Origin: a virus
Taxonomy: Duplodnaviria > Caudoviricetes
Strand: one strand, 5' to 3'
Virus record (IMG/VR): IMGVR_UViG_3300033508_000328
Location: 1-26,953 of that record
DNA: 26,953 nt
Position 1 is the first letter of the stretch. Every line of letters begins with the position of its first letter. The notes below the pieces were generated by a model. The model saw nothing but the letters and a program-made list of their open reading frames with translations. It had not been told where the DNA came from and did no database searches. A program made the position numbers and the translations under genes. This document shows, piece after piece, positions 17,081 through 26,679 of this stretch.

Positions 17081-20000
17081 ATGCCTAATAGTCCTAGACA
17101 AATTGATAATTCTAGTGTAGTTTCCATCTTTAAAAAGATGGAAACTATGTTAGTGTCTATAGAAGATATACAATATAACACATCAGTTGTAATCACTTCA
17201 ATACAAGATACTTTAAAAAATAGTATTCAATTAGAGCTTAAAAAACAAACAGGTGTACTTATTTCAATTGCACAAAAGCTTAATGATCGTAGTAAAGAAA
17301 AATTAAATGTAAAAGAATTGTATGATCCAACTACACAAGAGCTTATAAAACACACAGGTTTACTTACAACAATAGCACATGAGCTAAATATTAAAACTAA
17401 AAAAAATATAAAAATGGAGAATGATAATTCTCCATTTATTGATTCTATAACGAGATTAATTAATTCGCTTAATAATATTACACCAAAACGTGTTAAAGAT
17501 GTTGAAACTATTTTTATTTCTATTATAAATTTAGTTACTAAATTTAATAATATGAAGGATGTTCATAAAACGATAAATGGCATAGGTATAGCAATTTCTC
17601 AATTAGTATTAATGTTTATAGCAATAACACCCATTTTAATTTTAGCAAGTCCTGCTATATGGATGTTTAGAAAAATTTCACAGTCTCTTGTAGATTTCGT
17701 TGAAAGTTTAGTTTATATGACAAAACATATAGTTCGAATGTGGATTGCTACAAAAATATTTACTGCATCATTGAAATGGTTAATAGAAGGCATAAAAAAT
17801 ATTTATGAAGACGAGAAAAATAAAGAGGCTTTAGAATTTTTAAAAACCATAGGTGGAAAAATATTATCATTTGTTATTGGTCTAGTAATAACTTTTTTGT
17901 TAGCGCCTGCAATGTTAATAGGTGCATATGTGTTTGGTAAATCTATAATGATATTAACTAAAACATTATCAAACATAACACCCGAACAAACAACACAAAT
18001 TGAATTATTAACAGGAATTGGTAAAAGTGTTATAATGTATGCGTTGGGTATGTCTCTTATTGCAATTCTAGCAGTGCCAGTTTTATTAGGTGCAGTTGTA
18101 ATAGGATCATCTATTAAAATAATGTTCCTAATTATAGGTAAACATGCTAATGATATAGAAAAGCTTCCAAAATTATCAATAGATTTAAAAAGTTTACTCA
18201 GTGTTATGACAAAATTAGCAATTTCATTGCCCTTAATGAGTTCAATGCTAATTTCGTCTGTTATATTTGGACTTGCAATTGCAGCAATTGCCCTTGGTAT
18301 ATCTGTATTTAATAAATCTGTTACACCAGAATCAGAAGAAAAATTAAAAAATATAGGATTGGCTCTTTTATTATTTGGTATTGAAATTGCTATTGCTAGT
18401 TGGATAGTATTTGCATCAATGCTGCCTATTATAACTTTAACATTTTCCCTTTTATTTTTATCTGCTGTTATATTTGGAATAGGTAAGTTTGAAAAGGAAA
18501 TTAATGATGGAATAGATTCTTTAAAAAAAATGGCAAAAGGACTATTAATATTTGGATCTGTTATAGTAGCAATCTCATATATGTTCAAAACAATAGGTAA
18601 TTTGAATGTTTTAGCATCTGTTGGTATATTAGTATTAACTGCTGCTGCTATGTTATTAATAATAAAATTTTTTCCAGATTCATCGAAATCTAAGAATTTT
18701 ACTAAATCTGCTGGTTGGATTGCATTGGGTTTATTGTTAATATCCACTTCTCTTGTAGTATCAACAGTGATTATGAACATGATTCCACAAAAAAGTATAT
18801 TAATTTCATTAGCCATTATAGCAGGTGCATCCGTATTATTTGGAATGATAGGAATTTTTGATAAAGAAATTACAAAAGGTGCCAAAGCTATGTTATGGGT
18901 TGGTGGTGCTTTAATTGTTATTTCAATAGGACTTTATATTTTAGGATTAGTGACAATTAATCCGGCATCATTAGCAGTAGCAACTGGTGTTATTATCGGA
19001 TTAGCTGTTATGATGTATTATGCTGGTAAGCGTGCATCACAAATTATCTTAGGCTCATTGGCAATGACAATTGCGGGTGTAGCATTAATTGTAATAAGTA
19101 AGGGTTTAGAAATGTTTGCCAAATCAGGTCTAACAAAAGATGATGCAATTCTATTAGGATTATCTGTCGTTGGTCTAGGTGTTGCTATGACGGCTGCTGG
19201 AGCCGGTCCGGTGCCTGTATTCATTGCTCTTGGCTCGGCTGCAATGATAGTTGCTGGTGTTGCACTAATGTCAATAAGTACGGGTTTAGAAATGTTTGCT
19301 AAATCTGGATTTACTGAAGATAATGCAATTGTGTTAGGATTATCAGTTGTTGGTCTCGGTGTTGCGATGGCGGCTGCTGGTGCAGGTGCATTGTTAATTG
19401 CATCAGGTGCGGTTGCAATGGGATTGGCTGGTGTTGCTCTAATGTCAATAAGTACGGGTTTAGAAATATTTGCTAAATCTGGATTTACAAAAGATAACTC
19501 AGAAGATCTTGTTTCTGCATTAGAATCAACTGCCACTAAGTTTGCAAAATTCGGATTTTTATCAATACCTATAACAGCTGGTTCGGTTGCAATGGGATTA
19601 GCTGGACTTGCGTTACAAAGAATAACATCATCATTTTCAGATTTTAAAAAATCTGGATTTTCTATTGAAGATGGTGAAAATTTAGAAGGTGCTATTGCAT
19701 TAGTAATATCAGCATTCTCCATTATATCTGATAAGAAAAAACAAAAAGAACTTGGTATTGATATTAATCCGCTTACACTAGCTATAGGAATTGCATCACT
19801 TTCAGGTGTAGGTAATGTTCTTTCATCATTAGCACAGGGTGTTCAATCATGGGCAAATTTAGAAGTTAATGAATGGCAAGTTATAAATCCAGGTACAACA
19901 AAAGCCCAGCTTGTTATAAAGAGTAGAAGAAAGCTTACCGATTCTGATTTTTCAAATGCTGCTAATGGAATGAGTAAAGTCATTACCGCAATGGCTGCTC

Positions 20001-21604
20001 CGTTTGCTGCTGTTGGAAAGGCTGAGATGGGTATGGCTACAGGTGATAGTGTAGTTGACTTTGTATTTGGTGGAAATTTTGTTTCAAAAGGTATAAGCGC
20101 ATTAGCAGGTATTGGTGATACATTAAGCTCATTAGCACAAGGCATTAATGCATGGGGAAATATGACATTTCTTGAATTTGAAGTTGTTAATGCAGGTACA
20201 AAAAAAGCAAAACTTGTACCAAAAGGATTTAAACCAATTAATATTGATGGTGCAATATCAAATATCACAACCGTTATTGCTGCATTAACATCACCATTTG
20301 CTAAAGTTGGTAGAGAAGATGATGATTGGGGTTTTGGAAGTGGTCATATTACACGAGGAGTAAATGCATTTGCGAGTGTTGGTAATACTTTATCATCATT
20401 GGCTGCTGGTATTGCTGCTTGGTCCAATATGACATATACAGAATATGAAATAATAGGAGGTGGTACAAAAAATGCAAAACTTGTACCTAAGAAAATAACT
20501 CCTATAGGAGATACAAAATTAGCAACCGATAACATGGGAATTGTGATTGCTGCATTAGCATCAACATTTAGAAAAATTGGTAGTGATGATGATGGATGGG
20601 GTTGGTCTGATGGCTCAATTACAAAAGGTGTAAATGCAGTTACAGGAATTGCTAATATTATCTCATCAATTGCAAAAACTGTATCGTCATTTGCAAGTGG
20701 ACAATTTGTAACTAATACAGTTGTTAATGGCAAGATTGTTCCAACTGGATCTACTCCTTTTAATCCAACGTCATTACAAAAAGTTGCTTATACTATAAGT
20801 ACACTGTTAAGCACATTTACTATAGGAATGATTAGAGTTGGTAAATTAGTTTCTAAATATGAAAATGATATTGAACTTGCTGTACTTATAATGCCAAAAG
20901 TTAATGCAATGATTGGTGAAACTGTCAAAATTGCAAATAACTGGTCAACTGTTAAAAATGGCGAAACTATTGGTACTTCTATAAATTCTCTTCTTATGAA
21001 CATAATAAAAGTGTTCAATGATAAGACTAATCCTAATGTTAATAGGAGTCTTGCTTATATGAATGTGTTTACTAATAATATCACAAAAATATCTGCAAGT
21101 GATAAGGGTATTATATCTGTTGCTAAAAATTCAAAAGTTATTGCTCAGTCAATGAAATTAACAAAAGATGCTATTAATGGAATGGATTTGAAAAAACTTA
21201 CATTAACAGATAGTTTAATGAAATCATTAGCAGTTATTGCAAAAAATCCAGAAGCAATGGCAAGAGCAGTTGAAGGTGGAATTAATAAAGCATTTGAATC
21301 ATTGTCTAATGAACTGAAAAACTTGGCACAACAAACAAAACAAGGAAGTGAAAATGTTGCTGCTGCTGTTAAAGAAACTTCTACAACTTCTACATCTACA
21401 CAAAAGACACCGACTGTTAATCCAAAATCAGGTTTATTAGACATATTAGATAATAAAAATAATAAAGAAACTGTTAAAGAAAATGGTGGTTTGACTACAA
21501 AAGAGCTTAATAGTCATTTAAAAGATTCAATGACACAAGATTTTATTGCAGCATTAAATGCTGTAACGGTAAAAGTAAAAGTTATGCCAGGTTATGGTAG
21601 CTAA
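17081..21604 (+). CDS. Tape measure protein (probable)
   Basis: 1507 aa, long Ala/Gly/Ile-rich hydrophobic helical repeats, follows the gp26/gp51-like pair. Confidence 0.75.
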   Translation: MPNSPRQIDNSSVVSIFKKMETMLVSIEDIQYNTSVVITSIQDTLKNSIQLELKKQTGVLISIAQKLNDRSKEKLNVKELYDPTTQELIKHTGLLTTIAHELNIKTKKNIKMENDNSPFIDSITRLINSLNNITPKRVKDVETIFISIINLVTKFNNMKDVHKTINGIGIAISQLVLMFIAITPILILASPAIWMFRKISQSLVDFVESLVYMTKHIVRMWIATKIFTASLKWLIEGIKNIYEDEKNKEALEFLKTIGGKILSFVIGLVITFLLAPAMLIGAYVFGKSIMILTKTLSNITPEQTTQIELLTGIGKSVIMYALGMSLIAILAVPVLLGAVVIGSSIKIMFLIIGKHANDIEKLPKLSIDLKSLLSVMTKLAISLPLMSSMLISSVIFGLAIAAIALGISVFNKSVTPESEEKLKNIGLALLLFGIEIAIASWIVFASMLPIITLTFSLLFLSAVIFGIGKFEKEINDGIDSLKKMAKGLLIFGSVIVAISYMFKTIGNLNVLASVGILVLTAAAMLLIIKFFPDSSKSKNFTKSAGWIALGLLLISTSLVVSTVIMNMIPQKSILISLAIIAGASVLFGMIGIFDKEITKGAKAMLWVGGALIVISIGLYILGLVTINPASLAVATGVIIGLAVMMYYAGKRASQIILGSLAMTIAGVALIVISKGLEMFAKSGLTKDDAILLGLSVVGLGVAMTAAGAGPVPVFIALGSAAMIVAGVALMSISTGLEMFAKSGFTEDNAIVLGLSVVGLGVAMAAAGAGALLIASGAVAMGLAGVALMSISTGLEIFAKSGFTKDNSEDLVSALESTATKFAKFGFLSIPITAGSVAMGLAGLALQRITSSFSDFKKSGFSIEDGENLEGAIALVISAFSIISDKKKQKELGIDINPLTLAIGIASLSGVGNVLSSLAQGVQSWANLEVNEWQVINPGTTKAQLVIKSRRKLTDSDFSNAANGMSKVITAMAAPFAAVGKAEMGMATGDSVVDFVFGGNFVSKGISALAGIGDTLSSLAQGINAWGNMTFLEFEVVNAGTKKAKLVPKGFKPINIDGAISNITTVIAALTSPFAKVGREDDDWGFGSGHITRGVNAFASVGNTLSSLAAGIAAWSNMTYTEYEIIGGGTKNAKLVPKKITPIGDTKLATDNMGIVIAALASTFRKIGSDDDGWGWSDGSITKGVNAVTGIANIISSIAKTVSSFASGQFVTNTVVNGKIVPTGSTPFNPTSLQKVAYTISTLLSTFTIGMIRVGKLVSKYENDIELAVLIMPKVNAMIGETVKIANNWSTVKNGETIGTSINSLLMNIIKVFNDKTNPNVNRSLAYMNVFTNNITKISASDKGIISVAKNSKVIAQSMKLTKDAINGMDLKKLTLTDSLMKSLAVIAKNPEAMARAVEGGINKAFESLSNELKNLAQQTKQGSENVAAAVKETSTTSTSTQKTPTVNPKSGLLDILDNKNNKETVKENGGLTTKELNSHLKDSMTQDFIAALNAVTVKVKVMPGYGS
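19040..19500 (+). repeat. Three tandem 174-180 bp repeats in the tape measure gene
   Basis: GGGTTTAGAAATRTTTGC at 19102, 19282 and 19456 (GLEMFAKSG units); boundaries approximate. Confidence 0.85.
19811..20700 (+). repeat. Three to four degenerate 89-101 aa repeats in the tape measure
   Basis: G.TLSSLA.G..AW.N units with GT..A.LV start at 19811, 20114, 20381 and partially at 20651. Confidence 0.75.
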
Positions 21605-21622
21605 TTATAGTTAAACATTATT

Positions 21623-21680
21623 AAAAATGAAATCAATATAGCATGATTTCATTTTTTTTAGTTATATTTGTATATCATTA
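21623..21680 (+). promoter_or_regulatory. Hairpin terminator plus TATATTTG promoter cassette, copy 3, upstream of the sigma factor
   Basis: 13-bp stem 21623-21635/21644-21656 with T-tract; TATATTTG at 21663-21670. Confidence 0.8.
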
Positions 21681-21753
21681 TAACACTATAATAGAAGATG
21701 TTCTAATGATGTAATTTAACTTATTTATTAATTTTTTATAAACTATAAACAAA

Positions 21754-22380
21754 ATGGAATTTAATGTAGAATCAGCTTCAATTAAGAATTTAGGTATTAT
21801 TTATAAAGATACTAAGTCCGAAAAAATCTATAACAGACTTTATAAACGAGTAAAGCCCGGATTGATAAATTATATTTATAAGATTGTAAATGATGTGGAT
21901 GACACTAATCAAGTATTTAATGAAACAATGTGTAAAGTTTATACACATATTGATATGTATGATCCAAATTGGAATATTTCAACATGGATTTATAGAATTG
22001 CATATACACATGCATGTGGATTGTTAAGAGCTAAAAATTCATCAAAGACAACCCCTATGAGTTATTTTGAAAATTCCGCAGAAATGGATTTAACATCAAA
22101 GATAGAATTTCATTCATTGGATGAGTATAAAGATAACATGATTTTATCGGAAGATATCATTCAGATTTCAAAACAGAACTCAGATTTGGTTGATTTATTA
22201 GAAACTCTTCCAATAGAATATAAAGATGTTCTTAAACGTAAATTTTGGGATGACAAAAAATATGAGGATATTGCAACTGAATATTCTATACCATTACAAA
22301 CAGTAAAGAATAGAATTTTTAGAGGTAAAAATATGTTATCAGCTAAATATGTGAAACTTTATGGCATTCCGCTCATATAA
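21754..22380 (+). CDS. Phage-encoded ECF-type sigma-70 factor
   Basis: Region 2 ET..K.Y..I..YD....STWIYRIA and region 4 L..LP..YK...Y.DIA....IPL.TVKNRIFRGK; 208 aa. Confidence 0.9.
   Translation: MEFNVESASIKNLGIIYKDTKSEKIYNRLYKRVKPGLINYIYKIVNDVDDTNQVFNETMCKVYTHIDMYDPNWNISTWIYRIAYTHACGLLRAKNSSKTTPMSYFENSAEMDLTSKIEFHSLDEYKDNMILSEDIIQISKQNSDLVDLLETLPIEYKDVLKRKFWDDKKYEDIATEYSIPLQTVKNRIFRGKNMLSAKYVKLYGIPLI
22352..22380 (+). promoter_or_regulatory. Putative ECF-sigma promoter TGAAACT-N14-TCATATAA within the 3' end of the sigma gene
   Basis: Matches 12410-12438; ends 14 nt before ATG 22395. Confidence 0.6.
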
Positions 22381-22394
22381 TCAAATAAACGGTT

Positions 22395-23018
22395 ATGAAA
22401 GCTAATAAGGCTATGATTAAGAAAAATCAAAAAATCAAGAAGCTTAAAACAAATATTTCAAATCTTAATAAAAAGAATAAGAAAGTAATCGCTACATTAC
22501 CTTCTATGTTTTTATCAAAATTAAAAGCAAAACGTATGGGATGGTTTAATATATGGCAATGGCCTGCTGAATTAGTTGATGACATTAGACAGTGGTTTAT
22601 TGTTAGGTCTGCATTAAAAGAACAAGAAACTATTGAAAAAATTGCATCGTTTAGATATGAAATTCGTAAAGATAATATCGGGAGACTTTATACAGTAATC
22701 AATATACCAGAAGAATTAACCCCTTATGATAAACAAGACATGGTTTGGCCATGGGTGGTTGAACAACTTAGAGATATAGATGATCTTTTAATTAATAGAC
22801 AATTAAGTGATTTAATGTTTCCCTCTATTAAACGTATTGAAAATGAATCGGCATATCTTGTTATTTTAGCATCCTCATCTGAATCTTTAAGTTTATCAAA
22901 ATTATTTTCGTGGATTTGGAACATTGCATTTACGTCAGGATTTGTTTATGTTACGAATCAGATCATTTATAATTCATTTAATTTTTCATGTTTTGATTTT
23001 ATACTTAGCATATTTTGA
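22395..23018 (+). CDS. Hypothetical protein with a C-terminal hydrophobic segment
   Basis: 207 aa ORF, basic N-terminus, probable membrane helix near the C-terminus. Confidence 0.65.
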   Translation: MKANKAMIKKNQKIKKLKTNISNLNKKNKKVIATLPSMFLSKLKAKRMGWFNIWQWPAELVDDIRQWFIVRSALKEQETIEKIASFRYEIRKDNIGRLYTVINIPEELTPYDKQDMVWPWVVEQLRDIDDLLINRQLSDLMFPSIKRIENESAYLVILASSSESLSLSKLFSWIWNIAFTSGFVYVTNQIIYNSFNFSCFDFILSIF

Positions 23019-23719
23019 GAACGGCTACAATAAACGGAGGACGATATTATATTGTTAATGAAGAAAAAAATATCGCATTACCATCTGTAACAACAGTACT
23101 TGGTGCTGATAGCAAAGATAAAGATTTTTTTATTGAATGGGCAAAAAAAGTAGGACCTGTTAAAGCAGTGTTTGGTGCAAATAGAGGTACATTTATGCAT
23201 GCTTTACATGAACATTACATTGATGCGATATATATTAAAATGGTAGAAAAACCATTACAATATGCAATGGTAAATGCAAAACTTGATTGTCCTGATTTTA
23301 CTGAAGCCGAATATACTTGTGGTAAAAATCTTTTTATGCAATTTTTAAATAATTCAGATTTTTATGATAGAATTGATTCGGTTTTATTTCAAGAGGTTCC
23401 TGTATGGTCATTTATTAGTGGCGGTTATGCAGGTAGACTGGATTTGGCAATTAAAGGAAAAGACAAAAAGAAAAAAATAATTGATTTTAAATCTTCAACA
23501 AAACCAAAAGAAGAACTTAAAATTGAAGATTATAAAATGCAAACTGCTGCGTATTCAATAGGAATGTTCTCACAATATGGCATAATGCCTGATGAAACCG
23601 AGATTTGGATAAGTTGTGAATCTGGTGATATACAAACATTCTCAATGAATAAAAAAGATATAAAAGAATATTTTGAAAAGTTTAATCAAAAAGTTATAAA
23701 ATTTCATGCAAACATCTAA
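23015..23719 (+). CDS. PD-(D/E)XK exonuclease (RecB/Cas4-like fold)
   Basis: PSVTTVL, RGT.MH...E, AGRLD, IIDFK and Q..AY motifs; TTG start overlapping the previous stop. Confidence 0.85.
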   Translation: MRTATINGGRYYIVNEEKNIALPSVTTVLGADSKDKDFFIEWAKKVGPVKAVFGANRGTFMHALHEHYIDAIYIKMVEKPLQYAMVNAKLDCPDFTEAEYTCGKNLFMQFLNNSDFYDRIDSVLFQEVPVWSFISGGYAGRLDLAIKGKDKKKKIIDFKSSTKPKEELKIEDYKMQTAAYSIGMFSQYGIMPDETEIWISCESGDIQTFSMNKKDIKEYFEKFNQKVIKFHANI

Positions 23720-24115
23720 AAATTGTATCATATTACATTTGCATTATACTGATTTAATTGATGAGTTTTTGAATATTGAGACCGATTATTACTGAAAAAT
23801 TAGCGGATTTATATGTAACCATTAATGAAGGATTTTATATAAATGAGAATCTTAATAAATTAAACACATTAGCAAAAGAAGACGAATGTTTTTTTTTTAC
23901 GGAATATGGATTTTTGGTGGTACAATGTTTGCGTGTAAAATGTCTTATATAAAAAATTATATGAATTATTTAATTTTGATAAATTATATAAGGCTATTTT
24001 AGAAATAGAACCAACTCATCAAACAAAAGGTCTAATAGGTCATGATATTGAACGTATATTAGGTATTTATGGACCAATTTTAAATCAAACATATATAAAA
24101 TTAAAATTAAACTAA
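23706..24115 (+). pseudogene. Rhamnan synthesis F (RgpF)-like remnant
   Basis: Fragments across frameshifts in family order: ILHLHYTDLIDEF, DLYVT, FFGGTMF, GHDIERILG; at least three frameshifts and much shorter than expected. Confidence 0.65.
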
Positions 24116-24117
24116 AA

Positions 24118-24654
24118 ATGGAATTATTAGAATTTTTTACAAATTTACCAGGTCCTAAAAGTGATAAAGGAACTGCTCATAGCTATATTGAAAATTATTA
24201 TACACAAGAATTTTCAAAAAAACAAAAGTCCAAACTTAATATTTTGGAAATAGGTATTCAATATGGATATTCATTGCAATTATGGAGAGATTTTTTTATT
24301 AACTCAAAAGTACAAGGTATTGAATTTAATAAGTCTCATGTATATAATAATCTTAATGTAAAATTTGGGGATGCATATCATCAAGAAACATTGGACCTAT
24401 ATGAAGATAACTATTTTGATTATATTATTGACGATGGTCCTCATTCATTAAGTTCACAATTATATGCTGCTGAAAAATGGGTTTCTAAAATTAAAAAAGG
24501 TGGAAAATTAATCATAGAAGATATTGATAATTTGGGTTTTGCTGAGACTATCATTAATTCAATTGATAAAACAAAATATGATGTTAAATTATTTGATATG
24601 ATTGCATCAAAAAATAGATGGGATGATATCATTATTGAGATTACAAAATTATGA
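24118..24654 (+). CDS. Class I SAM-dependent methyltransferase (likely sugar O-methyltransferase type)
   Basis: SDKG..HSY, LEIGI..G.S, FDYIIDDGPH and GG..IIED motifs. Confidence 0.85.
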   Translation: MELLEFFTNLPGPKSDKGTAHSYIENYYTQEFSKKQKSKLNILEIGIQYGYSLQLWRDFFINSKVQGIEFNKSHVYNNLNVKFGDAYHQETLDLYEDNYFDYIIDDGPHSLSSQLYAAEKWVSKIKKGGKLIIEDIDNLGFAETIINSIDKTKYDVKLFDMIASKNRWDDIIIEITKL

Positions 24655-25310
24655 AAAAATTTTCGGTTGGTTATATTAATCATGATAAAGAAGTTTTTGA
24701 TAAATATTTAGGAGTTTCTTTATCTCAATTACAAGGAGAATTTGATATTATAACAACTACTTCTGAAAAATGTCCTGCTGCTAATTATAATGAAATTTTA
24801 GATAAATGTTCAACTCCTTATTTAATTTTAACTCATCAGGATGTAACATTTCCTCCGAATTTATTAAGATGTATTGAACAAACAATGGAACAACTGCATT
24901 ATAATTTTGGTGCATTAGGAATGGTAGGAGTATCAGAACATCCTAATAATTCGGTTATAAAAGTTTATGAATGGTCAAATAGTAATGAAATTAAAAAAAT
25001 AATTACCGCTGACTGTTGTTTTATTGTTGTAAAAAATATAGACTGTCTTAGATTTGATGATAAAAATTTTGACGAGTTTCATTGTTATGTTGAAGATTAT
25101 TGTGCAAGAATGTTAAAATGGGGTATGCAAAATTACACAATTCTAATTGATAGTAGCGAATCGCGAATTGATGATATTGAAAAAATAAAAAATACATCTT
25201 CATTGGATCATCATTCTCATACACTTAAACAACTAGGTGCGGCATGGGGAAACTATTCAAAATATAGAAATAAATTGGATGAATTATATCCAGGTATAAA
25301 AACAACTTAA
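24651..25310 (+). CDS. GT-A fold glycosyltransferase-like protein
   Basis: YN..L......YL..THQDV, G.VG and FD...F..FHCY.EDYC motifs. Confidence 0.75.
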   Translation: MKKFSVGYINHDKEVFDKYLGVSLSQLQGEFDIITTTSEKCPAANYNEILDKCSTPYLILTHQDVTFPPNLLRCIEQTMEQLHYNFGALGMVGVSEHPNNSVIKVYEWSNSNEIKKIITADCCFIVVKNIDCLRFDDKNFDEFHCYVEDYCARMLKWGMQNYTILIDSSESRIDDIEKIKNTSSLDHHSHTLKQLGAAWGNYSKYRNKLDELYPGIKTT

Positions 25311-25314
25311 AAAT

Positions 25315-25793
25315 ATGAAAACCATCAAAATTGCAATTGCAAGTAATATAAATTTTTATAAAAAACATTACCCATCATATTACTAAGTTTAAAAAATGTT
25401 AATATTAATGATGAGGATATTCATGTTTTTATAGCGGGTGCGACTACTGCACATACAACAATTAAAGACAATGTTATATATCATTGGTTAACTCATAATT
25501 CATTTGAATATTCACCGCTAATTGATATTGTCGAAAATGAACTAGTGTCTGATTATTGGTTCTTAATACATGACACATGTAAAGTTGGTTCTAATTTTAA
25601 AAATTTAATCACTGAAAATTTAAAAGATAGATCCCCTGAAAAAATAGCATTAACGACAGATCCTTCTATGTCCATTGGATTATATTCTTATAATTTTTTA
25701 TTAAGCTCAAAAACAAAAATTTTAAATGTTAAGAATACTGATTATAGTAAGGAATCTTTATTAAAATGGAAACATTGGGCTGTAATGATATGA
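25315..25793 (+). pseudogene. Frameshifted, truncated glycosyltransferase-like gene
   Basis: MKTIKIAIASNINFYKK breaks at A6 (25360-25365); the -1 frame continues TLPIIL...HNSFEY...WFLIHDTC to 25793. Confidence 0.6.
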
Positions 25794-25936
25794 TTAACAA
25801 TGATATATATCAGAAATATAAAGAACTATCAAACAATGAAAAAAATATTTTTTTTAAAGGTCGATTAGGTGAATATAAGTATTTTGATATGGTTGACACT
25901 ATTAAATCAGCATTAGACTTTTGTGAACAATTTTAA
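25784..25936 (+). pseudogene. glf: C-terminal remnant of UDP-galactopyranose mutase
   Basis: NDMINNDIYQKYKELSNNEKNIFFKGRLGEYKYFDMVDTIKSAL matches the Glf C-terminal GRLG.Y.Y.DM motif; the rest of the gene is absent. Confidence 0.8.
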
Positions 25937-25947
25937 ACATATTAAAT

Positions 25948-26676
25948 ATGCAACTAACAAATATAGACATAGTAATTGTTTCTTTTGCAAAAAATAAAGA
26001 GCTTTTACAAGTAACCAATGATTGTTTAGATTCTCTTTTTCAATCCGAAAATGATTCAATTTCATTTCATGTTAAATTAATTGAATCTAATCTTAATGAA
26101 AATTATGAGCAGTATAATAATAACAGGCATTCAATTGAAGTCATCCATCCATCAGTTCCTTTTGGATATCATAGATATTTGAATATAGGTATTAAAGCAG
26201 GAAATTCTACTTATGTAGTACTTTGTAATTCTGATTTAACATTTGAAAAAAATTGGGCATCTAATATAATTAAAGCATTTAATCAAAATCCAACAGCATT
26301 ATCTGCTTGTCCGTGGGAACCATCCGTATTAGGACCAAATGATAGTCATATAAATAATGTATATGAAGGATATAGAGTTAGAGTGGAACTTGCAGGCTGG
26401 TGTATATTTCAAAAAAGATCAATATATGAATTATTAGGCCAATTAAATGAAGATGTAGACTTTTGGTTTTCCGATAATATTTTAGCAAATGAATTGGAAT
26501 TACGAAAAATTAAACACATTTTAGTACCTTCATCTGTTGTATATCATCATGATAAAAATTTAGGGAAAACTGGTGAATCATTGGATTCAATGACAAAGGA
26601 ATCTTATACAACAGGAGCTCATGCAAAATACATAATTGCATTAGATAAACTTGTTAAGCAATTAAACATAACATAA
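25948..26676 (+). CDS. Glycosyltransferase family 2 protein
   Basis: DIVIVS, N.G......YV..CNSD, GWC and WFSD motifs; intact 242 aa. Confidence 0.85.
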   Translation: MQLTNIDIVIVSFAKNKELLQVTNDCLDSLFQSENDSISFHVKLIESNLNENYEQYNNNRHSIEVIHPSVPFGYHRYLNIGIKAGNSTYVVLCNSDLTFEKNWASNIIKAFNQNPTALSACPWEPSVLGPNDSHINNVYEGYRVRVELAGWCIFQKRSIYELLGQLNEDVDFWFSDNILANELELRKIKHILVPSSVVYHHDKNLGKTGESLDSMTKESYTTGAHAKYIIALDKLVKQLNIT

Positions 26677-26679
26677 AAT

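Noticed and set aside
17803-21444. Long minus-strand ORFs opposite the tape measure gene
   Set aside because: Antisense shadows of a codon-biased repetitive gene with no recognisable motifs.
23015-23719. Cas4 as part of a CRISPR system
   Set aside because: No repeat-spacer array, no other cas genes and no C-terminal Fe-S cysteine cluster; a generic phage PD-(D/E)XK nuclease.
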